A stretch of 46,388 nt of DNA, taken from assembly GCA_012797575.1 (NCBI GenBank), contig JAAZOW010000188.1:1-46388 (forward strand), given 5' to 3'. Position 1 is the stretch's first letter, and each line of letters starts with the position of its first letter. The notes beneath the pieces were generated by a model, which was not told where the DNA came from, did not search any database, and worked only from the letters and a program-made list of their open reading frames with translations. This stretch comes from Methanomicrobiales archaeon (GTDB lineage: Archaea; Halobacteriota; Methanomicrobia; Methanomicrobiales; Methanoculleaceae). Position numbers and translations under genes: made by a program. Below are positions 39,221 to 46,388 of the stretch, piece after piece.

Positions 39221-39509
39221 AACCCCCTCGTGCAGCCTTGTGCTATATCAAGTCTTGGGGGATGCCGGGTGGAGCTGCTCTCGCCCACAGAACAATAGCC
39301 TCATACTCCACGCACGAATGCGATCCGCCCAAGGCCCCGGGCAGGTGAGCCACAAAATGATCTCTTCGTCGCCGGAATGCGTCACCTCGTGGTATTCTCA
39401 TCCTGCCACCCTGGAGCTCCCGGCCCGGAACTCCGGGGTGGATGCGCCCGGGCGCTCTGCACCAGAGTTATTACCGAGAGAAGCAACCTATCAGACAGAC
39501 GTGATGGAT

Positions 39510-40178
39510 ATGGTTTCACCGTTGATTCTGGTCAATCTGAAGACCTACCATGAGGGTATGGGCCAGAGCGCCCACCGGATCGCTGCTGCGGCTGAGAGAG
39601 TTGGGAAGGAGAGCGGGATCGTCATCGGCGTCGCACCGGTCTTCACTGAGATCCGCCCGATGAGCCAGCACTACGCAATACCAGTCTATGCCCAGCATAT
39701 CGATGCGATAACCCCCGGCGCCCACACCGGCCACATTCTGCCTGAGGCCATCAGAGCGGCGGGCGCACGGGGCACCCTGATCAACCACTCCGAACGGCGC
39801 CTCACCCTGGCCGACATCGAAGCCTGCGTCCAGGCCGCAAAGAGGCTCCAGCTTGAGTCGGTCGTCTGCACGAACAACGATCCCACCAGCGCTGCAGCGG
39901 CAGCGTTCCAGCCTGACTATGTGGCGATCGAGCCCCCGGAGTTGATCGGGAGCGGGATCTCAGTCTCAAAGGCCGATCCGGGGATCATCGAGCGTTCTGT
40001 GAATGCTGTCAGGGCCGTGAACCCGGACGTGAGGGTCCTGACCGGGGCGGGGATCCAGTCGGGCGAGTGTGTAAAAATTGCAGTCGATCTTGGGACCGCA
40101 GGGGTCCTGTTGGCATCAAGCGTCGTCAAGGCCGAAGATCCCGAGGCGGTCCTCCGGGACCTTGTCTCACTGGTATAG
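39510..40178 (+). CDS. tpiA: Triosephosphate isomerase (archaeal type)
   Basis: [29 protein letters not shown] and LLAS motifs. Confidence 0.95.
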   Translation: MVSPLILVNLKTYHEGMGQSAHRIAAAAERVGKESGIVIGVAPVFTEIRPMSQHYAIPVYAQHIDAITPGAHTGHILPEAIRAAGARGTLINHSERRLTLADIEACVQAAKRLQLESVVCTNNDPTSAAAAAFQPDYVAIEPPELIGSGISVSKADPGIIERSVNAVRAVNPDVRVLTGAGIQSGECVKIAVDLGTAGVLLASSVVKAEDPEAVLRDLVSLV

Positions 40179-40300
40179 TCGGCGCCCGCCGTCCCAACCT
40201 AATTTTTCCACCCCGTGCTGGTACGCTGAGTCTAGCCGGGCGAGTGGTGGTTCATGGGAAGTGCAGGGAGAGGCTTTCCATGCCCCCGGTAGCGGTGCCC

Positions 40301-40855
40301 TTACATTATCAACGATATCAGGTCGTGCTTGGTGATGACGCCCTGCACCTTTCCCTTCTCGAGCACGATGATCGCATGGTTGTGGTGCAGGAGGTGGACG
40401 ATCGTATCGATAGGCGCCGTCGGAGGGACCGTCGGAAAACCGGGTTCTATACAATCCCGAACCAGCTTCTGGTGCGTCTGGTGAAATCCTCCTTCCCCCA
40501 TAGCATTCATGATCGCCGATTCGGATATGCATCCTATAGGTATTCCACCCTCGAGCACCGGGAGCTGGGAGATGCCGTTCTGGCCCATGATCTTGACGGC
40601 GTGGTTGATAGGGTCATCGTCGGCGACAGAAAGTACGGGTGACGTCATCACATCGGCCGCTGTGATCGTTGAGCGCTCTGCTGCCTGTAAAACCTCCACG
40701 ATCTTTGTGAGGGTGCTGACTCTCGGATCCACGCTGCCGGATTCGATCCGCGCGACCATAGATTGGCTGATTCCGGCCATACGAGCCACATCTGCCTGTT
40801 TCAAACCCATGCGAATCCTCTTCTCTCGCAGCTCGGCCGGAGTGGGTATCTCCAT
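40301..40855 (-). CDS. XRE-type HTH + CBS-pair regulator
   Basis: LKQADVARMAGISQSMVARIESG.VDPR HTH followed by two CBS domains. Confidence 0.9.
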   Translation of the reverse strand: MEIPTPAELREKRIRMGLKQADVARMAGISQSMVARIESGSVDPRVSTLTKIVEVLQAAERSTITAADVMTSPVLSVADDDPINHAVKIMGQNGISQLPVLEGGIPIGCISESAIMNAMGEGGFHQTHQKLVRDCIEPGFPTVPPTAPIDTIVHLLHHNHAIIVLEKGKVQGVITKHDLISLIM

Positions 40856-40984
40856 ATTATTACTATAGGTAATTTTCCCACTTATACTTTCGCCACCACG
40901 GTTCATATCTCTGGCCCGATGTCCAGGAGCTGCTCCCCGGAGAAAATATACGATCTAGACGGGCGCTTTCAAGAAGATAGCAAG

Positions 40985-41334
40985 GAGTGGGAGGAGTAAG
41001 CCTCCTTCTGTTCTGTGCGGCATTCAGCTACGCGCCATACCCGGGCGGATACCAGACGATCCATCTGCCCTACTCTGGTTTGCACCCGCAGGGATTCACC
41101 GTTTCATCGTATCCTGCTGCTACGTTCAACGAGTTATCGCGTGGATTCCACGCATTCTCGCTCTTGTCAATGAAGAGCTCGATCGTTTCATCACTGACAG
41201 CAGGCCGTGTCGTTTCTGTGTCATTGCCGTGGCTCTCGCCACCCGCATTTGCATGCGGCTACGTGTCTGGTTGGTGGGAGGACTTTCCTCAGCAGCACAG
41301 GTCATGTGCCACCGTCAGCCGCACTCTCCCTCTC
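40985..41334 (-). ncRNA. rnpB: Archaeal RNase P RNA
   Basis: Minus strand has GAGGAAAGTCC (P4 5' strand), ACAGAAAC and the 3' AACAGAAGGAGGCTTA; complementary P1 ends; TATA (TATATATT) at 41357-41364. Ends approximate. Confidence 0.93.
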
Positions 41335-41389
41335 CCCTATAATATTCTCCGGAGAGAATATATACCTGTGGTCACTCCCCGGGATCGGG

Positions 41390-41566
41390 TGGTGCGCCAT
41401 GTCACCGTATCTTCAACGATCTTGACGTGTGAGAGTGGATACGCCAACAATCACGTGGAATGACGGTAGTAACCTGGTCTGTCTGCTCTCAATATGACGG
41501 CAAAGGGCGCGAAGAGGGGCAAACACCCCCAAAGATCTCTCGAACTTAAGGTGACAGCGAGCACTC
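41390..41566. mobile_element. MITE-like repeat, short copy 3 (internal modules absent)
   Basis: Same left arm (TCACCGTATCTTCAA..GCCAACAATCACG) and right arm (AAAGGGCGCGAAGAGG..AGATCTCTCGAA..GAGCACT); ~35-bp imperfect TIRs. Confidence 0.75.
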
Positions 41567-41696
41567 GATCGTGCATACCGCACAAGACCACGGGGCGCCC
41601 ATGCGGCCGCACACGCGCATACCGGATGAGGAGATCCCGGAGGAAGGGATGGATTTATATACTCGTGGTTGAGTCCTATCCCCTGGTAGTATCACC

Positions 41697-42266
41697 ATGG
41701 GGGGAAGTGAGGCCTGTACGCACCTTGAGCTAGCGGCAATCTTTGCGGCGTTCATCGCTGTCACAACACTCTTCTCGTTCGTCTCGCTCGGGGTGGGCGC
41801 TATGGGAGGTGGATCACCGGCCTGCACGGACAGATATCCGATCCTGGCAGCGGGGGAGTCGCATCTCGCGCTGTCCGGGGAGATCGTCGGCTCCCTATCT
41901 GATCCGGGCCTCCCTGCAGCCAGCATCGATACCCTCACCTTCCGCATAGCCCATACAGGAGAGGGCAGTGCCATCGAGCTTTCCCGGGTCACCGTGACGA
42001 TCATGGCGGGAGACTACCTCGAGATCCTCGCGCGATCAGGGGACTCCCTCCCTGGCCCGGGGATGTGGATGGCAACACCGCTTCCGGGTGGAGACGGCGC
42101 ACTCCTCGAACCGGGGGGGGAGTGCACCGTCTGGGTCTGTCTCGATCGCCCCATACCTGCCGATGGTGACCTGATCATCAAGGTGCGCCCGGAGGGGTGC
42201 TGGCCCTGCACGATCGCGGGGCCGATCAGGGATCTTGCGGTCGATGCATCGGCCTCCCTTCCGTAG
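41697..42266 (+). CDS. Divergent archaellin-like protein
   Basis: N-terminus CTHLELAAIFAAFIAVTTLFSFVSLGVG parallels the archaellin FTGLEAAIVLIAFVVVAAVFSYVVLGAG helix; C-terminal LLEPG and KVRPEG motifs. Confidence 0.6.
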   Translation: MGGSEACTHLELAAIFAAFIAVTTLFSFVSLGVGAMGGGSPACTDRYPILAAGESHLALSGEIVGSLSDPGLPAASIDTLTFRIAHTGEGSAIELSRVTVTIMAGDYLEILARSGDSLPGPGMWMATPLPGGDGALLEPGGECTVWVCLDRPIPADGDLIIKVRPEGCWPCTIAGPIRDLAVDASASLP

Positions 42267-42304
42267 AAAGACCAAAAGTATTCAATCTCACACGATCCAC
42301 CCTG

Positions 42305-42871
42305 ATGGCAATGCTGACCCCGGAAGAAGGCAGAATGGCAGTAGGTCTGGCACGGAGCACCATCGAGAAAGTCGTACGAGGTGAGCGGACAGTACCACAA
42401 AACCTCCCGGCGGCCTTCCAGGAGAGACGTGGTGTATTCGTCACGATCACACGAAAAGGGCTTTTACGCGGATGCATCGGCCTCCCGTATCCCATAGCGC
42501 CGCTCGGTGAGGCGGTCGTCGAAGCGGCCGTATCGGCGGCTCTTGAGGACCCCAGGTTCGTACCGGTATCCTCCCGGGAGCTCCCTGAGATCGAGGTTGA
42601 GGTGACGGTACTCACTGAGCCCCGGCCGCTCGATTGCCCGCCCGAGGAGCGCCCCGACTGTATCGATGTCGGGAAGCATGGTCTGATCGTCAGCGGGCTC
42701 GGGAGAGGAGGCCTCCTCCTCCCCCAGGTCCCGGCAGAATATGGCTGGACCAGCACGGAGTTCCTCGACCAGACCTGCCTCAAGGCCGGTCTCCCGGCTG
42801 AGTGCTGGAGACGCGATGACGTCACGGTACAGGTCTTTGAGGGGCAGATATTCAAGGAAGAGGCGGTTTAG
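42305..42871 (+). CDS. AMMECR1-domain protein (TIGR00296-like)
   Basis: [26 protein letters not shown] and CLKAG motifs. Confidence 0.93.
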   Translation: MAMLTPEEGRMAVGLARSTIEKVVRGERTVPQNLPAAFQERRGVFVTITRKGLLRGCIGLPYPIAPLGEAVVEAAVSAALEDPRFVPVSSRELPEIEVEVTVLTEPRPLDCPPEERPDCIDVGKHGLIVSGLGRGGLLLPQVPAEYGWTSTEFLDQTCLKAGLPAECWRRDDVTVQVFEGQIFKEEAV

Positions 42872-42876
42872 CCCGA

Positions 42877-44328
42877 ATGACGATCGATTTTGAAGTCATA
42901 CACAAAGATATCGCTGGAAGGGTCGGCAAACTCAGGGTGAACAGCAGAACGGTCCGGACGCCTGCACTCCTCCCGGTCATAAATCCCCACCTCCCTCTGG
43001 TGACCCCCCGCGAGATGCAGGAGATGGGGGTCGAGGCCCTGATCACGAACGCCTACATCTTCAGGCGGAGCACGGAGTTCTGTGATCAAGCGCTTGCGGA
43101 AGGACTCCACCGCGTCCTCGATTTCGATGGAACCATCATGACCGACTCCGGATCGTTCCAGCTCTCGGTCTACGGCGAGGTCGAGGTGACCAACCGGGAG
43201 ACGCTTGAGTTCCAGCAGGCGATAGGAAGCGACATCATCGTTCCCCTGGATATACCGACTCCGCCGGACGCGGGCCGGGAGAGGGCCGCACGCGAGCTTG
43301 CGATCACCATGGACCGGATCCGGGAGGCCCAGCGGCTCTTCCCTGATGCAAACCTTGCAGGGCCACTCCAGGGCGGGACCTTCCCGGATCTGCGCGAGGG
43401 GGCCGGTCGAGCCGTCCGGGATCTCGGGATCTCATTCTGCCCGATCGGCGCTGTTGTGCCGTTGATGGAGAACTACCGCTACCAGGACCTGGTCGAGGTC
43501 GTCCTTGCAGCCAAACGTGGTCTCTCTCCGGCGACGGCTGTCCACCTCTTCGGCGCCGGCCACCCGTCTATGTTTGCCCTCGCCGTCGCGATGGGATGCG
43601 ATCTCTTCGATTCGGCCGCGTATGCACTCTTCGCCCGGGAGGAGCGGTACATCACCCCGCATGGGAGCTTCAAACTCGGTGAACTCGCTGAGCTTCCCTG
43701 CCCCTGTCAGGTCTGCCGGTCGATGACCGCAGAAGAACTCCGTCGGTCTGAAGACCGAGAGCGTCTGCTCGCCCTCCACAACCTCTACGTCACCCTTGCA
43801 GAGATCGCCCGCATCAGACAGGCGATCCAGGATGGGACCCTCTGGGAACTGGTCGACGAGCGGTGCCGGAGCCACCCGCGCCTGCTCGCCGGCTACCGGA
43901 GACTCCTCGATCATGCGGCCGACCTTGCACAGTATGATGCCGTCTCGAAGCGCCGGTTCTTCTACCGTGGGTCAGAGAGCTGCCAGCGGACAGAGGTGTT
44001 GCGCTACCATGAGGTCATCCCCCGCATCCCGATCGGGGAGCGGGTGCTCGTCTCGTTCGACGGCAAGGCGGTACCCGGGTTTGATACGGTGCTGAACTTC
44101 AAACCTCCCTTCGGACCGTATCCTGTAGAGCTTGCAGAGACGTTCCCGATAGGCCAGAGCGAGATCCCGGACTGGGACGACGATATGGTCAGATCGGGGT
44201 GCGCAGGCATCCGGGCCCTTATGGCAGCCAATCCGGGGAGCCAGCTTGCTGTCCGGTGCAGTGACGCGTGGGCACCCCTGGTCCTTGAGGAGGTACCCGG
44301 TGTGGAGGTCTACCATGAGTGTGTATGA
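42877..44328 (+). CDS. tgtA: tRNA-guanine(15) transglycosylase (archaeosine)
   Basis: [28 protein letters not shown] and C.C..C...H zinc site. Confidence 0.95.
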   Translation: MTIDFEVIHKDIAGRVGKLRVNSRTVRTPALLPVINPHLPLVTPREMQEMGVEALITNAYIFRRSTEFCDQALAEGLHRVLDFDGTIMTDSGSFQLSVYGEVEVTNRETLEFQQAIGSDIIVPLDIPTPPDAGRERAARELAITMDRIREAQRLFPDANLAGPLQGGTFPDLREGAGRAVRDLGISFCPIGAVVPLMENYRYQDLVEVVLAAKRGLSPATAVHLFGAGHPSMFALAVAMGCDLFDSAAYALFAREERYITPHGSFKLGELAELPCPCQVCRSMTAEELRRSEDRERLLALHNLYVTLAEIARIRQAIQDGTLWELVDERCRSHPRLLAGYRRLLDHAADLAQYDAVSKRRFFYRGSESCQRTEVLRYHEVIPRIPIGERVLVSFDGKAVPGFDTVLNFKPPFGPYPVELAETFPIGQSEIPDWDDDMVRSGCAGIRALMAANPGSQLAVRCSDAWAPLVLEEVPGVEVYHECV

Positions 44329-45955
44329 GGTGAAGAGGCGTGACGGGCTTGCGCGGATAAGTGTCTATGAAGATGGGGAGAGGAGCATCTCACTCCCGGC
44401 GGCGCTGGATACGGATGATCTCTTCCCGGCGCTTGGGAGGCGTGCCCTCTCAAACGTCCCGCTCTCTGCAGGGGAGGCGCTTGTCAAGGACTACTTCTCC
44501 CCGGGAGAGGGGGAGCAGCCGATAACCGTCCACCCTCTTGCCCCGCCGGCTCCGGAGTCGGGGGACTGCGCCCTGGTCGCAAACTGGCACACAACGCTCA
44601 AGGATCCCAGGAGCTACGCAACGCGGCTTGCGGTCTTAAAGGGGAGCACACCTCCGGACACCGCCTGGTACGCCCCGGCATCGGCCCTTCCCTCGACCGC
44701 CTGCCTCCTCATCTACTCTGGCTTTGATATATTCGATTACCGGGCCGTCGATCTCGCATCCGCGCAGAAGGTCTTCTGCCTGGCGGAAGGAGAGTTCCCT
44801 GCCTCTCTTATGGAGATGGGGATCTGTGGGTGTGAGGGGTGTCGGACCGGCGACCTCTTGCGGCATAACCGCCTCGCCCTGGACCGCGAGATCGGGCTCG
44901 TGCGCCACTACATCGAGGCAGGAAGGCTCCGTGAGCTGATGGAATCACGATGCCGCGCAGATGCGGCGCAGGTGAGCATCCTTCGATTCCTCGATCGGGA
45001 TTATGGGTTTATGGAGCGTGCCCTCCCGGTGGCACGGGCGGTGCCGATGCTCGCCGCCACGGCTGAGTCGCAGAATCGGGCCGAGATCCGGCGGTTCGCC
45101 GACCGGGTGATCGAACGGTTCATCCCCACCCGGACCGATATCGCGGTCCTCCTCCCCTGTTCGGCGCGGAAACCCTACTCCCTCTCCCGGAGCCACCGGC
45201 TCTTTATGAGCACGGTGAACCGGCGGGCGCACGAACTGATCGTCACATCGCCCCTCGGTCTCGTGCCCCGGGAGCTGGAGCGGGTCTACCCGGCCGGCCA
45301 CTATGACGTGCCGGTGACCGGATACTGGGACCGGGAGGAGTGTGCCTTCATAGCCGATATCCTCGCCCGTTACTTCGCCGCCCACCCCTACCGACGGGTG
45401 ATCGCCCACCTCGAGGGGGGAGCGCTCACCGTCGCGGAGATGGCGGCGGAGGCCTGCGGCATCGATCTTGAGGTGACGTGTCAGGGACACCCGACGGCGC
45501 CGGAATCTTTGCGCATGCTCAATGCCGCCCTTGAGGGCGAGCGACGGATGCAGACCGATATGGTCAGGGGCACGGTCTCCTGGCAATTTGCGACAGATAT
45601 CGAGACGAAGGGGCTCTCCCTCCGTGGCAGGAGCATGCAGATGGCAGTCCTCCGTGGGCGGCAGCAGCTCTTCAGCGTCGATGAAGGGACGGGGCTCTTC
45701 CGCCCGACGTTTGAGGGGTGGAAGATGATCCCGGAGGGTTACCGGGTCAAGATCGATGCGTTCGTACCACAGGGCGATATCCTCGCCCCCGGGGTTCTGG
45801 ACTGCGACCCCCGGATACGGGAAGGTGACGAAGTGCTCGTAGAAGGGGCGCTCGCCTACGCCACCGGGCGGGCTGTGATGGGGGCGGACGAGATGCTCCG
45901 GTCGAAGCGCGGGGTCGCGGTCAGGGTCCGGAAGACGAAGAAAGTGGGGGTGTAA
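44315..45955 (+). CDS. arcS: Archaeosine synthase subunit alpha
   Basis: RDGLAR start, [35 protein letters not shown]; C-terminal PUA domain; overlaps tgtA. Confidence 0.92.
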   Translation: MSVYEVKRRDGLARISVYEDGERSISLPAALDTDDLFPALGRRALSNVPLSAGEALVKDYFSPGEGEQPITVHPLAPPAPESGDCALVANWHTTLKDPRSYATRLAVLKGSTPPDTAWYAPASALPSTACLLIYSGFDIFDYRAVDLASAQKVFCLAEGEFPASLMEMGICGCEGCRTGDLLRHNRLALDREIGLVRHYIEAGRLRELMESRCRADAAQVSILRFLDRDYGFMERALPVARAVPMLAATAESQNRAEIRRFADRVIERFIPTRTDIAVLLPCSARKPYSLSRSHRLFMSTVNRRAHELIVTSPLGLVPRELERVYPAGHYDVPVTGYWDREECAFIADILARYFAAHPYRRVIAHLEGGALTVAEMAAEACGIDLEVTCQGHPTAPESLRMLNAALEGERRMQTDMVRGTVSWQFATDIETKGLSLRGRSMQMAVLRGRQQLFSVDEGTGLFRPTFEGWKMIPEGYRVKIDAFVPQGDILAPGVLDCDPRIREGDEVLVEGALAYATGRAVMGADEMLRSKRGVAVRVRKTKKVGV

Positions 45956-45966
45956 GAGGGCTACCG

Positions 45967-46388
45967 TAGTGCGTCGTGCCAATCCTTCAAAGATTTTGAC
46001 GTATGAGAGTGGATACGCCGACAATTACGCGGAATGAGGGTGGTAGCCTGGCTTTGCGAGGCCTCTCCCTTCTATCAATATGCCAGCATCCCCCACCCCG
46101 CCCCCGAGGGGCGGGGGCAGTCGTGGCGATACCCGGGGAAAGGCCGTACCCGGGGTGTATCCCCGGACATTGGACCGTGGGGGATATACACCCGTGGGGG
46201 ATATACACCCGTGGGGACATCGCCCCGGGGGTGGGGCAGATGGGGCGGGGGCAAAAAGCCCCCTCCCCTGTCTCTACTTTCAATATGCCAGCATCCCCCA
46301 CCCCGCCCGGCTCGCCGCGCCTCCTCCCCCGCCCCGGGGGGCGGGGGCAGTCGTGGCGATACCCCGGGGAAAGGCCGTACCCGGGAGA
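45967..46388. mobile_element. MITE-like modular repeat, copy 4 (runs off window)
   Basis: TAGTGCGTCG start, shared left arm, duplicated internal module and a 17-bp tandem repeat at 46175-46217. Confidence 0.75.

Noticed and set aside
44945-46024. Long antisense ORFs (also 2091-3044, 28708-29655, 34046-35263, 35077-36084)
   Set aside because: Shadow frames opposite well-supported genes in GC-rich DNA; no recognisable motifs.
46175-46217. 17-bp repeats considered as a CRISPR array
   Set aside because: Directly tandem without spacers, only ~2.5 units, and part of the MITE cassette.

Overview
GC-rich archaeal chromosome segment; gene content and codon style suggest a Methanoculleus-like Methanomicrobiales methanogen (inferred, not searched). 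Left arm (~0.7-13.4 kb): a cobalamin/Fe-complex ABC uptake locus (permease, ATPase, two BtuF-like binding domains with PGF-CTERM tails). It is extended by a 1248-aa surface protein (PQQ-like propeller plus four DUF4430/transcobalamin-beta-like repeats), an alpha/alpha-barrel-BtuF fusion, a second propeller protein and an AP-endonuclease-2 TIM barrel. Middle: HDAC-family deacetylase, beta-helix/GT4/DUF2206 surface-glycan genes, double rubredoxin, DUF126, PAN paralog, U32/RlhA-like protein, proC-like gene, aroD and a PIN remnant. Right: an eight-gene overlapping chorismate/Phe/Tyr operon on the minus strand, then MBF1, a second PAN, tpiA, an HTH-CBS gene, RNase P RNA, an archaellin-like gene and AMMECR1-tgtA-arcS. 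Four copies of a modular MITE-like repeat and one IS200/IS605-type end hairpin lie between genes; there is no CRISPR array. Best candidates for undescribed systems: (1) a ~200-nt leader of the aromatic operon with aromatic-rich uORFs (one ends FYRYFTWF), a slippery U6 tract and a duplicated hairpin motif, a possible archaeal translation-coupled attenuator; (2) a possible split transcobalamin-like cobamide capture/remodelling system; (3) the modular repeat family with a covarying hairpin. All calls come from reading the sequence; no database searches were run.
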